A DNA stretch of 29,170 bases from a virus. Each line of letters begins with the position of its first letter. Within the stretch, counting starts at the first letter, position 1. The stretch covers positions 1 to 29,170 of the IMG/VR virus record IMGVR_UViG_3300027805_000061, one strand, 5' to 3'. The notes beneath the pieces were generated by a model. That model was given only the letters and a program-made list of their open reading frames with translations. It searched no databases and was not told the origin of the DNA. Below, piece by piece: positions 1-9,434 of this stretch. The position numbers were made by a program, and so were the translations under genes.

Positions 1-127
1 AGATGTTCGAGAATTACGATCAGCATCTTATTCATAGGTTTAAACTAGCAGGTACTGAATTCGGATTTATTCCTCATTTAGAATCTATGTCATGGGGAGA
101 ATATATGGATGCTGAAAAGTATATGTC
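1..127. repeat. Left copy of the 127-bp end overlap (identical to 29044-29170). It marks circular closure of a 29,043-bp genome.
   Basis: Direct comparison: agatgttcgagaatt...gaaaagtatatgtc at 1-127 recurs exactly at 29044-29170. Confidence 0.95.
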
Positions 128-497
128 GGACTGGAGTACTATGCATAATGCGATGGCAGTTCTATTTAGACCTATAGTAAAAGTTAAAGGAGATAAGTAC
201 TCTATAGAGGATTACGAATCTTCTATAAATTATGCTGAAGTAATGAAGGGAATGCCATTAAACGTAGCTATCTCTGCTAATGTTTTTTTTTGGACTTTAG
301 GAGCAGAATTACTAGGAGGTACGATGGACTTTTTACAGGAGCAGATGAAGGAGATGAATCAGGAGGAGTTAACGATTATAGCGAAAGAGCTCAATTTGGA
401 GAAAGGTGGGGATGGTATAGCTCAATATATGCAGTCGCAAAAGGAGATGCTACAAAGTTCGATGAAGTTACTAAACTTTCCATTCATCAGGCTTTAA
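3..497 (+). CDS. Tail-assembly-chaperone-like virion assembly protein, zero-frame product. The gene starts at ATG 28842 across the closure and totals 232 aa.
   Basis: The ORF is in frame with 28842-29043 across the junction. Codon usage is genome-typical up to the T9 run and atypical (G-ending codons) after it. The function call rests only on the recoding architecture. Confidence 0.5.
   Translation: MFENYDQHLIHRFKLAGTEFGFIPHLESMSWGEYMDAEKYMSDWSTMHNAMAVLFRPIVKVKGDKYSIEDYESSINYAEVMKGMPLNVAISANVFFWTLGAELLGGTMDFLQEQMKEMNQEELTIIAKELNLEKGGDGIAQYMQSQKEMLQSSMKLLNFPFIRL
283..291 (+). promoter_or_regulatory. T9 run containing the -1 slippery heptamer T TTT TTT (284-290) in correct zero-frame phase. 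This is a recoding or transcriptional-slippage site.
   Basis: Zero-frame codons read gtt ttt ttt tgg. The -1 frame is closed by TAA at 278-280 and opens exactly here. Confidence 0.55.
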
Positions 498-568
498 CCT
501 TCCTTACATTTGAGAAAGAAAAGAATACTATAGAAGTTAACGAAATAAGAAGAAGAACTAAGATATGA
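290..568 (+). CDS. -1 frame C-terminal extension of the chaperone-like gene. The fusion product would be about 256 aa.
   Basis: 93 open codons in the -1 frame with G-rich first codon positions and genome-typical gga/gat/gaa/gct codons. Its stop overlaps the next start (ATGA at 565-568). Confidence 0.6.
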   Translation: MDFRSRITRRYDGLFTGADEGDESGGVNDYSERAQFGERWGWYSSIYAVAKGDATKFDEVTKLSIHQALTFLTFEKEKNTIEVNEIRRRTKI

Positions 569-1017
569 AAGCATATACCTATTTAATTGATACACTAAGA
601 GAAGCTTTTGAGGATATTCCTTTAGTAACCTCAGTAACTACAGGATCTTTAGATGATATAGATAATTATAAGCAGACTCTATTTCCTTTAGTGCATATAA
701 TTGTCAATAATATGTCGCCTGAAGCTAATATACTACGTTTTAACGTTACTATTATGGCAATGGATATTGTAGATATTTCTCAGAATGAAACTACTGATAG
801 ATTTAGAGGAAATGATAATGAGCAGGAAGTACTAAATACTACTTCTATTATCTTAATTAGAGTAGCTGAGTTACTTCGAAGAGGAGAGCTTAATGATAGG
901 CTAGAGATTTTAGGAAATGCTTCATGCGAACCTTTTACGGAACGTTTTGAGAACCTTCTAGCAGGATGGGCTATGACTTTAGATATTATCCTTCCGAATG
1001 AAATGAGCATCTGCTAA
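565..1017 (+). CDS. Virion structural protein, possibly a neck or tail-completion protein
   Basis: 150-aa ORF translationally coupled on both sides within the morphogenesis operon. No diagnostic motif was recognised. Confidence 0.6.
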   Translation: MKAYTYLIDTLREAFEDIPLVTSVTTGSLDDIDNYKQTLFPLVHIIVNNMSPEANILRFNVTIMAMDIVDISQNETTDRFRGNDNEQEVLNTTSIILIRVAELLRRGELNDRLEILGNASCEPFTERFENLLAGWAMTLDIILPNEMSIC

Positions 1018-1532
1018 TGAATCAGGAAGAAACTAAGAAAGCTTTAGAAGAGCTTAAAAAGTACGTTATTCAGCAAAGTAGGAGTAATCTTACTAGACTA
1101 GGAAAGAACGCAGGAAAGAAGCTCTATAACTCTATAGAAGGAGATGTAGAAGCTTATCCGAATTCTATTCAGTTAATCTTTAGTATGGAGGGATACGGAT
1201 TCTTTCAGGATAAAGGAGTAAGTGGAGTTAATAAGAAGTATAATACTGAATTCAGCTATAAATCTAAGATGCCACCTCCGAAAGTATTCGCTAAATGGAT
1301 TAGGCAGAAAGGGCTAGCTCCTAGAGATAAGAACGGAAAGTTTATAAGCACTAAATCTCTTCAGTTTTTACTAGCTAGACATATATTCAGAAATGGGATT
1401 AAGCCTTCTCTATTCTTTACTAAACCTTTCGAGAATGCTATTAAGCGAATGCCTGAAGAAATTACTAGAGCGTACGGATTAGATGCAGGAAAGTTAATAG
1501 ATAGTATAATGAAACAAAACTTTAACAGATGA
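1017..1532 (+). CDS. Virion structural protein, tentatively an HK97 gp10-like head-tail component
   Basis: 171-aa ORF with TAATG coupling. The resemblance to gp10-type tail-completion proteins is loose and by eye only. Confidence 0.55.
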   Translation: MNQEETKKALEELKKYVIQQSRSNLTRLGKNAGKKLYNSIEGDVEAYPNSIQLIFSMEGYGFFQDKGVSGVNKKYNTEFSYKSKMPPPKVFAKWIRQKGLAPRDKNGKFISTKSLQFLLARHIFRNGIKPSLFFTKPFENAIKRMPEEITRAYGLDAGKLIDSIMKQNFNR

Positions 1533-2602
1533 AAATATTCGCTAGATCTCCTTTTATTATCGAAGTGAGTGAAACTGGACAGGCAGGAAGTAAGATAGAA
1601 ATCTTCTTATGGAACTCAGGCTTTCCTCCTACTATTCCTACTCATAAACTATCTAAGCCTATTCCTAGTTTGACTAAGATAGAAACTACTTATAATATCT
1701 CTCCTTATGTAAGAGAGTTTATAAATCATAACACATGGCAAACTCCATTTGATAGCATAGAAGATACTCCGAATTCTCAGTACTGCAATGTAAGGATAAA
1801 GAGATACAAACTATCAGGAGGAGTTTATACTTTATTAGATACTATTTCTTATTTAGGATTCGATGGATACGGATACTATGAAGAAGGATATAATCCTCAG
1901 ATAGGTAACTACTTCTTAACTCCTAGAAATACTTACTACTATCATTACGATGAAAATGCTACTATAGGAGCTACTCCTTTAGATTCTGCAGGACATCTAA
2001 CATTTGATAGAACTGCTGAAGTAGTAACTGATATTAGATATACTAATTTAAGAACTGGAGCTACTGAAGTACTAGGAATATCAGGAACTGCTATTAAAGA
2101 CGTTCCTAGAGTTTATTCTGATTGGTATGCAGATGGAAATATATTAGAACTTCTAGATTCAGATCTTAGTGATTTAGCTAGATATACTTTCAGACCTATT
2201 CACGAATGTAGAAATCAAGTTTACGTTTGCGATTTCGTAAATAAGTACGGAGCATGGCAAAGGGAGTTTTTCTTTGGAGCATCTAATGAGCAGATAGATT
2301 CTACTGCTACTACTTACAATTTACTTCAAACTGATTTAGTGGATTATTCTACTCTAGAAGGGCAAAGAAAAGAATTCAATGCTAATGGAATAAAAAGTAT
2401 CAGAGTGAATACAGGTATCAGAGGAGAAAGTATGAATACTCCTCTTCAGGAACTTATGCTATCAGAAAGGATTCTATTAAATGGACTTCCTGTAAAACTA
2501 CGATCTAAATCTCTAGCTAAATTAAAAGAGATAAATACTAAGATTATAAATTATGCTTTAGAATTCGAATTCGCTAATGACATTATTAACTCAGTAGTGT
2601 AA
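1529..2602 (+). CDS. Tail structural protein (357 aa)
   Basis: Long ORF with ATGA coupling, sitting next to a large tail-tip-like gene. Confidence 0.65.
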   Translation: MKIFARSPFIIEVSETGQAGSKIEIFLWNSGFPPTIPTHKLSKPIPSLTKIETTYNISPYVREFINHNTWQTPFDSIEDTPNSQYCNVRIKRYKLSGGVYTLLDTISYLGFDGYGYYEEGYNPQIGNYFLTPRNTYYYHYDENATIGATPLDSAGHLTFDRTAEVVTDIRYTNLRTGATEVLGISGTAIKDVPRVYSDWYADGNILELLDSDLSDLARYTFRPIHECRNQVYVCDFVNKYGAWQREFFFGASNEQIDSTATTYNLLQTDLVDYSTLEGQRKEFNANGIKSIRVNTGIRGESMNTPLQELMLSERILLNGLPVKLRSKSLAKLKEINTKIINYALEFEFANDIINSVV

Positions 2603-4947
2603 TGAAAAGGAACGTTCAAATATATGTAGAAGGAGAAAGGATAGAACTCTTTAACGATGAGAAAATAAATGTAAATAGCTCAGTTCAGAATATAGCTGAT
2701 ATCTCTAAGGTATTTACGGATTTCTCTCAGAGCTTTACTATTCCTGCTTCGGAGGTAAATAATCGAATCTTTCAACACTTCTATAATTCAGATTACGATA
2801 GTACTATAAATCATAATATGCGTAGAGATGCGTATATAGAGATAGACTTAACTCCGTTTAGAAGAGGAAAGATACAACTAGAGAAAGCGAATCTAAAGAA
2901 TGGAGCAGTAGATAATTATTCAGTTACTTTCTATGGAGATGTACTAGCTCTTAAGGATAAATTCGGAGAAGATAAATTAGCTCAGCTAGATTATTCAGCA
3001 GATTCATTTGATTATACTGGAGCTGAAGTACAAGCTAGAGTAGAAGCTAGTGCTACTGATTACGATGTATGCTATCCTTTAATAAGTTCTCAGAGAGTTT
3101 GGCAGTATGATAATCCTACTACTCCTGATGATAATATAGATACTTCTGCAGGAGCTATAGTATTCGATGAGTTATTTCCTGCTTATAGAGTAAGGAATAT
3201 TTTTGAAGTAATTCAGAGTACTTATGGAGTTTCCTTTACAGGAACTTATTTAGGAGATCCTAGATTTTCTAGTGCTTATCTATGGCTTAAGAAATCAGAA
3301 GCTCCTTCTTTTATTACTGAAAATGTTACTATTGATTTTGATTCAGTTTCTTATTTTATTACGGAATACTTTTTACACGTTAACGTATATACTGATACTA
3401 ATTTAATTCAATATAGCTCTTATTCATCTCCTTATGATGCGATTACTCATTATATAGATATAACGTTTTCAGGAGTATCAGATACTTCTATAATTTATTA
3501 TGTAGATGTATATATAAACAATACTCTAGTAAATACTATTCAGGGAGTAGGAAATAATACCTATAATCTAATAACTGATAATAATGATCCTTCTTTATCT
3601 AATGAATGCTATTTCGTATTTAGAGCTGAAAATACTATAACATTTGATTCTATAATAAATAGTTATTTTGTAGGAGTAAGTGCAGGTTCTCCTATTACTA
3701 TAAATGATTACTCTATAACGAACTTTACTCAAACTGCATCAGGAAATGTAAACCTAGCAGATTTAATGCCTGATATGAAGGTAGCTGATTATTTTGCAGG
3801 AGTACTAAAGGAATTTAATCTTACTTGTTATGGAATCTCAGAGAACGTATATCAGCTAGAACCTTTAGAAGAATGGTATAATAAAGGGCAAATAAGAGAT
3901 ATAACTCCTTATGTAATAGTAGAGAATATAGATGTAGAACGTATCAAACTATATAGAACTATTCGATTTAAGTATCAGGATTCTCTTTCGTTTATGAACG
4001 TTCAGTTTAATCAGTTCTTTAATAGGCAGTATGGAAATTTAGATTATTCCTTTCCTTATGATGGAGAAGAGTACTCTATAGAATCTCCTTTCGAGAATTT
4101 AATGTTTAACCGATTCACGAATGAAGATATTCAAGTAGCTTATGCTCTAGGAACTGCTCCTGAGTTTAAGCCTTATGTAACTAAGCCTGTACTCTTATAT
4201 AAATTCGGAGGAATCAGTACAAACGTATGGTACTTTGATAATGGTACTACGATAGATATGCTGAATTCTTATACTTGCTTCGGGCAGGATTTAAGAGTAT
4301 CAGGAATAGATTATTCTTTGAACTGGGGAGCAGAAACTTCTACTTTGTGGAATGTACCTATTAACAACTCACTTTTTGAAACGTACTACTTTAATTATAT
4401 AGTTAACTTATTCAATAAGAAGAATAGACTTACTTACATTAAAGCGAATCTTCCTATAACTATTCTTACTAGCTTAAAGCTAAATGATAGGCTAGTAATT
4501 AGAGATAAGAGGTATATCATAAACGAAATGAAATCAGATTTAACTTCAGGAGAAGTAGAATTTACTCTTATAAATGATTTCAGACCTTTAGCACCTATTA
4601 GAGAAGTATCAGGAGAGATAGGATTCGGAGGATCTTCTCTAGTTAACGTAGCAGTACCTGTACCGAATGGAGTATATAAAGCTACTATAGATATTACAGG
4701 AACTGGAATTATTTCTATTAGTGAAACTGAACTCTTTGAAGATACTAGATTAGATATCGTTATTCCTGAAAATACTAATTTGATCTATACTCTAATTACT
4801 GAAGAAGGAGATTATTTAATAGGAGAAAGAGGAGAACAACTAGTAAATGAAGAAGGAAGAGAACTAGTATATACTATTCCTATTACTTATGAATATTTCG
4901 ATGGAACTATAGAAACTACTTATTTACAAATAATTCAACAAGGATGA
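2602..4947 (+). CDS. Large tail tip / baseplate structural protein (781 aa)
   Basis: Largest ORF in the genome. It is Asn/Tyr/Thr-rich and beta-type in composition, as is typical of tail-tip proteins. TAATG coupling. Confidence 0.65.
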   Translation: MKRNVQIYVEGERIELFNDEKINVNSSVQNIADISKVFTDFSQSFTIPASEVNNRIFQHFYNSDYDSTINHNMRRDAYIEIDLTPFRRGKIQLEKANLKNGAVDNYSVTFYGDVLALKDKFGEDKLAQLDYSADSFDYTGAEVQARVEASATDYDVCYPLISSQRVWQYDNPTTPDDNIDTSAGAIVFDELFPAYRVRNIFEVIQSTYGVSFTGTYLGDPRFSSAYLWLKKSEAPSFITENVTIDFDSVSYFITEYFLHVNVYTDTNLIQYSSYSSPYDAITHYIDITFSGVSDTSIIYYVDVYINNTLVNTIQGVGNNTYNLITDNNDPSLSNECYFVFRAENTITFDSIINSYFVGVSAGSPITINDYSITNFTQTASGNVNLADLMPDMKVADYFAGVLKEFNLTCYGISENVYQLEPLEEWYNKGQIRDITPYVIVENIDVERIKLYRTIRFKYQDSLSFMNVQFNQFFNRQYGNLDYSFPYDGEEYSIESPFENLMFNRFTNEDIQVAYALGTAPEFKPYVTKPVLLYKFGGISTNVWYFDNGTTIDMLNSYTCFGQDLRVSGIDYSLNWGAETSTLWNVPINNSLFETYYFNYIVNLFNKKNRLTYIKANLPITILTSLKLNDRLVIRDKRYIINEMKSDLTSGEVEFTLINDFRPLAPIREVSGEIGFGGSSLVNVAVPVPNGVYKATIDITGTGIISISETELFEDTRLDIVIPENTNLIYTLITEEGDYLIGERGEQLVNEEGRELVYTIPITYEYFDGTIETTYLQIIQQG

Positions 4948-5114
4948 TAACAAACGTATTAAATATGCTCAGGATGTCGAATCATTACGGAATCTCTGAG
5001 AATGTAGAAATAGCTAAAGGAAAGTATAAAATACCTACTTCAGTAAAGGAAGTATTTAATCAGGCTATTAGAGAACGCAAATTAAAAAAAGCTTTGAAGA
5101 ATGGAAGAGTATAA
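4944..5114 (+). CDS. Small hypothetical protein (56 aa), not in the supplied ORF track
   Basis: ATG 4944 overlaps the upstream stop (ATGA). Open to TAA at 5112-5114, overlapping the start of the next gene. Confidence 0.35.
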   Translation: MITNVLNMLRMSNHYGISENVEIAKGKYKIPTSVKEVFNQAIRERKLKKALKNGRV

Positions 5115-7023
5115 AGCAAAAATAACGATAGATACTGCATCAGCTACGAACTCTATAAATAACTTAGGAGATGCTATAGAAGGAGTATCAGATGAACTAG
5201 TTCCTCTTACTACTCAGATGGGAGAGATGGAGGATAAGCTTATGCTTATGGCTCATGCAGGAGATACTTCATCTGATGAATTTAAGAAGCTCTCTAAGGA
5301 AGTAGCAGGAATGCGTAAAACTATTAGAGAAACTGATGCAGGTATCGAAGCTCTCTCTATGACAACTTCAGGAAAGCTAGGAGGAGCTTTAGGAGGAGTT
5401 ACTGCAGGATTCGAACTAGTTCAGGGAGCTATGGGATCTATGGGAGCAGATTCAGCAGAAGTAGAACAGGCTCTTTTGAAAGTTCAGAGTGCTATGGCTA
5501 TGGCACAAGGAGTTCAGGGAATTAGAGAAGCAGTTCCTGCTTTTAAAGCTATGGGTTCTACTGCAGTTTCTGCTTTCAATGGAATTAAGGGAGCTATAGG
5601 AGCTACAGGAATAGGACTTTTAGTAATAGCTATCGGAGCTTTATATGCAAACTTCGATAAGCTAGGAGGACTAGTGGACTGGGCAAAGGAGAAGTTCAAT
5701 AATCTAGGAGATGGAGTAAAATCCGTAATTAACCTAGCTCTCCTTCCTTTGACTTTAACTATTAAGGCTATTATGAGTGCTATGGAAGCACTAGGATTAA
5801 TAGAGAGTGAACAGGATAAAACTAGGAGAACTCAGCATGAATCTCACATGAAGCAGGTAAATGCTAGAATGGAGAAAGAAGCTGAAGCTAGTAAGCAAAG
5901 AAGAGAAGCTTTCGAGAGTGAACAAAAGAACTATGATAGAGCTATAGCACTAGCAGAAGCAGAAGGTAAATCTACTCTAGGACTTCAAAAGCAAAAGATT
6001 CAAGGTTCTATAGCTTTTCAGAAAGAGCAAATAAAGGAGATGGAGCTAATGATTCAATCCATTAAGTTCGTACAGGAGCAGAGTGGATGGATGGCTAAAG
6101 GATTAAAAGATTTAGTAGATCAGGCAGAAACTGATTTACAAAGTATGAAAGATAGTGTAGCTGATGCTGAAACTGATTTAAAAGTTCTAGATATAAATGC
6201 TAGAAAAGAAAGAGAAGCTAGGGCACAAGAAGCTCACGAAGCAGAGCTAGAAAGAATACAAGCTGAGAAGGATGCAAAGAAAGAACTTTACCTATCAGAG
6301 CTAGACTTACAAAAAGAGATAGATGCTGAGAATGCTAAAATAGAAGAAGAGAGATTAGCTAGAATAGAAGAAGCGAATCAGAAAGCTCTAGATTTAGCTA
6401 CTGAACAAATTAATAACTTAGATAATCTTAATGCTGAAGAAATCGCAGTAGAAGGAGAGAAATTTACTAAGCTAGAAGAACTTCAAATAAAATGGGCGGA
6501 TGCTATGAAAACGCATCGCAAAGAAGTTAACGATGGCTTAGTAGACGGAGCTAAATCTATGTTTGATACTCTATCTAATTTATCAGAGTTATTTCAGGGT
6601 AAATCTAAGAAATCTCAGGAGAGAGCTTTTAAAGTTCAGAAAGCATCTCAAATAGGACAAGCTACTATAGATACTTTTAAGAGTGCTACAGGTGCTTTCT
6701 CTTCTATGGCTAGTATTCCAGTAGTTGGTCCTGTACTAGGTGCTTTAGCTTCTGCGGCCGCAGTAACTGCAGGATTATTAAATATCAAAAAGATAGCTAG
6801 TACAAAGTTCGAAGGAGGAACTATTCCTTCAGGAGGAGGAGAAGCAGTAAGTATGCCTTCTGCTAGTTCTATTATGTCGCCTAATTTTAACGTAGTAGGA
6901 AATAATCCTGTAAATCAATTAGCTCAGTTAGGATCGCAACCTGTACAAGCTTATGTAGTTAGTGGAGAAGTTACTACTGCTCAGAGCTTAGATAGGAATA
7001 GAATAAAAAATGCTACATTATAA
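5101..7023 (+). CDS. Tape-measure-like protein (640 aa)
   Basis: Gly/Ala-rich hydrophobic segments (GIGLLVIAIGAL, PVVGPVLGALASAAAVTAGLL) flank a long charged coiled-coil-like centre. Confidence 0.5.
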   Translation: MEEYKAKITIDTASATNSINNLGDAIEGVSDELVPLTTQMGEMEDKLMLMAHAGDTSSDEFKKLSKEVAGMRKTIRETDAGIEALSMTTSGKLGGALGGVTAGFELVQGAMGSMGADSAEVEQALLKVQSAMAMAQGVQGIREAVPAFKAMGSTAVSAFNGIKGAIGATGIGLLVIAIGALYANFDKLGGLVDWAKEKFNNLGDGVKSVINLALLPLTLTIKAIMSAMEALGLIESEQDKTRRTQHESHMKQVNARMEKEAEASKQRREAFESEQKNYDRAIALAEAEGKSTLGLQKQKIQGSIAFQKEQIKEMELMIQSIKFVQEQSGWMAKGLKDLVDQAETDLQSMKDSVADAETDLKVLDINARKEREARAQEAHEAELERIQAEKDAKKELYLSELDLQKEIDAENAKIEEERLARIEEANQKALDLATEQINNLDNLNAEEIAVEGEKFTKLEELQIKWADAMKTHRKEVNDGLVDGAKSMFDTLSNLSELFQGKSKKSQERAFKVQKASQIGQATIDTFKSATGAFSSMASIPVVGPVLGALASAAAVTAGLLNIKKIASTKFEGGTIPSGGGEAVSMPSASSIMSPNFNVVGNNPVNQLAQLGSQPVQAYVVSGEVTTAQSLDRNRIKNATL

Positions 7024-7043
7024 ATAACTAAAGTTTAGAAGGT

Positions 7044-7622
7044 ATGAATATTATAGAAATGGTTTTAGATGAATCTTCTGAGAAACAAGGGATTCATGCA
7101 GTATCAGTAGTAGAATCTCCTGCTATAGAGGAAAACTGGATAGCTCTAAATAAACAACTGATAGAACTTAAATCAGTAGATGAGGAGAAGAAAATTCTTA
7201 TGGGAGCAGGATTAGTACCTGATAAGCAGATTTATCGCAGAGATAAAGATAACGGAGAATTCTATATTTATTTCTCTAAAGAAACTATTCGTAAAGCTTC
7301 AGAGCTATTCTTAAAGAGATCGAATCAGAATAATGCTACTTATGAGCATCAGATGAAAATCGAAGGGATGTCAGTAGTAGAATCATGGATAATTGAAGAT
7401 AAAGAGAAAGATAAGAGTGCTATCTATGGCTTTGATTTACCTGTAGGAACTTGGATGATTTCTATGAAAGTAGATAATCCTGAAGTATGGGATAAAGTAA
7501 AAGCAGGAGAGATTAAAGGATTCTCTATAGAGGGATATTTTGAACCTGCAGAAGCTAAACTAAGTACTGATAAATCAGATGAAGAATTATTAAATGAAAT
7601 CTTAAATATTTTGAACGCATGA
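7044..7622 (+). CDS. XkdF-like putative prohead protease
   Basis: 192 aa. By-eye similarity to the PBSX XkdF domain (AVSVVESPAIE..., GFSIEGYF). Lies upstream of the scaffold and capsid genes. Confidence 0.55.
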   Translation: MNIIEMVLDESSEKQGIHAVSVVESPAIEENWIALNKQLIELKSVDEEKKILMGAGLVPDKQIYRRDKDNGEFYIYFSKETIRKASELFLKRSNQNNATYEHQMKIEGMSVVESWIIEDKEKDKSAIYGFDLPVGTWMISMKVDNPEVWDKVKAGEIKGFSIEGYFEPAEAKLSTDKSDEELLNEILNILNA

Positions 7623-8236
7623 TAGAAGAAAGAAGAACTATTAACTCGCAGTTTGATAATCAGCTAGAGAACTTTAATAGTGAAAATGATTACAATGCAG
7701 TTCCTGAGAAGGGAGCTATAGTATATTCAGAAGGAAGAGTTTATTATGGGGATGGAGTAGAATTTTTGCAATTAGCGAATAGTACTGAAATTCCTTCTAC
7801 TCAGAGTGGTTATGAGTTAATAGCTGATACTCAATATACTTCAGGCTCTCCTCTTACTTTTACTGCTTCTCCTTTCGTAATTACAAATAATGCAGGAGTA
7901 AATATTCAAAATAATTTAATTTGTTTTGATAATAACATAATCAAATTAGAAAGAACTAGAATCTTTACTATATCAGTTTCTTTTACTGCTAATGTATCAT
8001 CTAATAATCAACACGCAGATTTATACTTTGGAGATGCAGTTACAGGAGCTATAGTTAACGGATATTCTGATATTCTTCCATTTGTTAAAGGTAACGGAGT
8101 AAATCATAAGTTTACTAAAACTTTTCAAATAGTAGGAACTGAAGCTACTGCAACTAAAGGGATTCAAGTTTATTTATCTCCTACTCACGCAGGTAGTATA
8201 TTCGGAGCTGAATTCATAGTAAATAGATCTATCTAA
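7619..8236 (+). CDS. Hypothetical virion protein (205 aa)
   Basis: ORF with ATGA coupling to the protease gene. Confidence 0.6.
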   Translation: MIEERRTINSQFDNQLENFNSENDYNAVPEKGAIVYSEGRVYYGDGVEFLQLANSTEIPSTQSGYELIADTQYTSGSPLTFTASPFVITNNAGVNIQNNLICFDNNIIKLERTRIFTISVSFTANVSSNNQHADLYFGDAVTGAIVNGYSDILPFVKGNGVNHKFTKTFQIVGTEATATKGIQVYLSPTHAGSIFGAEFIVNRSI

Positions 8237-8412
8237 TGAGTTCGAAAACTAGTCCTAAAAGAGGAAAGAGAGCTTGTCTATGTAAAGATAATACCTACTC
8301 TTCTAAATGCTGTACTGGAGAACTTTCAGAGCAAGGAATAGGAGCTTTACAAGGAGGAAGAGAAGTTACTAAGCAGCAAACTATCGTAGTACGGCAAATA
8401 ATCCGTAATTAA
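8236..8412 (+). CDS. Small basic Cys-rich hypothetical protein (58 aa), not in the supplied ORF track
   Basis: ATG 8236 overlaps the upstream TAA (TAATG). Translation is MSSKTSPKRGKRACLCKDNTYSSKCC... with genome-typical codons. Confidence 0.4.
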   Translation: MSSKTSPKRGKRACLCKDNTYSSKCCTGELSEQGIGALQGGREVTKQQTIVVRQIIRN

Positions 8413-8415
8413 AAA

Positions 8416-8440
8416 TGGAACAATATAAATCAAATAAGTT
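8416..8440 (+). promoter_or_regulatory. Candidate late (ECF-type) promoter: TGGAACAA-N14-GTT
   Basis: GGAAC at 8417-8421, a 16-nt spacer, GTT at 8438-8440, and the ATG 9 nt further. The geometry is identical to the site at 11065-11089. Confidence 0.3.
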
Positions 8441-8448
8441 TTAAGGTT

Positions 8449-8820
8449 ATGAACAAAAATGTACTAAACAAACTTTCGAAAATTGAAAGTAAAGTAGAAC
8501 TCGCAGAGGTTAAAGTAGATTTAGCTTTAATTGACGATGTGAAAAAATCGTATGCAGATGCCATTGCAGCTAGAAAAAAGAGTTTTGATGAAATGCAATT
8601 AGTAGGTAAAAAAATTCAAGAAACTACTAAAATGATTCAGGATATTATCGCAATTAATGAAAGTGCTATTTCTGCTTTTGATAAATTTGAAGTTGCTGCT
8701 AAATCTATCGGAATTGACGTTCCTAAAGATATTCTAGATCAAAAGAAAAATATCCAAGAAGGATTAAAAGGAACTTTGGCAAAATATATCAAAAACTTGG
8801 GTGCAATTAAATTATTTTAA
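8449..8820 (+). CDS. Hypothetical coiled-coil protein (123 aa)
   Basis: ORF that is the first gene of the compositionally distinct block 8449-11012. Confidence 0.6.
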   Translation: MNKNVLNKLSKIESKVELAEVKVDLALIDDVKKSYADAIAARKKSFDEMQLVGKKIQETTKMIQDIIAINESAISAFDKFEVAAKSIGIDVPKDILDQKKNIQEGLKGTLAKYIKNLGAIKLF

Positions 8821-8824
8821 GAAC

Positions 8825-9415
8825 ATGACAACAAAAGAAAAACTATCTGCTATCGGAAAGATCATTCTAGGAAAAGCAGTAATCGTAGAACTAGCTCAAA
8901 TGAAGTTAGCTGATGGAGTAACTATTCTAGAAGCTGATGCTTTTGAAGCAGGAATGGAAGTATATGTAGTAACTCCTGATGGGAACGTTCCTGTACCTGT
9001 AGGAGAGTACTTACTAGAGAATGAAATGATTCTAGTAGTAGCTACTGAAGGTATCATAGAAGCTATCAAAGAAGTAGAAGTAGAAGAAGTAGAAGCTCCT
9101 GAAGTAGTAGAAGAAGTAGCTCCTGTAGAAGCACAAGCTGAAACTGAACGTCAACCTAAACGTACTATCGAATCAGTAGTTAAAGAACATCACTTCTCTA
9201 GTGAACTAGAAACTTTGAAAGCTGAACTTTCTGCATTGAAAGCTGAAAAAGAAGCTCTAGCGAAAGAACTAGATACTAAGAAAGTAGAATTGAGTACTCC
9301 TGCAGTAGAACCTATCAGCTATAATCCTGAGAACGAATCTAAGGTAGAAGTATTTAGATATTCATCTAAAAGAAATCAAAGCTCAGTAGATAGAGTTTTG
9401 GGTAAATTGTATTAA
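8825..9415 (+). CDS. Scaffolding-like protein (196 aa from ATG 8825)
   Basis: Lies immediately upstream of the capsid gene, with an acidic EVEE repeat and a coiled-coil C-terminus. The ORF-track start at 8801 is a non-ATG start inside the upstream gene. Confidence 0.5.
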   Translation: MTTKEKLSAIGKIILGKAVIVELAQMKLADGVTILEADAFEAGMEVYVVTPDGNVPVPVGEYLLENEMILVVATEGIIEAIKEVEVEEVEAPEVVEEVAPVEAQAETERQPKRTIESVVKEHHFSSELETLKAELSALKAEKEALAKELDTKKVELSTPAVEPISYNPENESKVEVFRYSSKRNQSSVDRVLGKLY

Positions 9416-9434
9416 TTAACTTAATTTATAAAAA

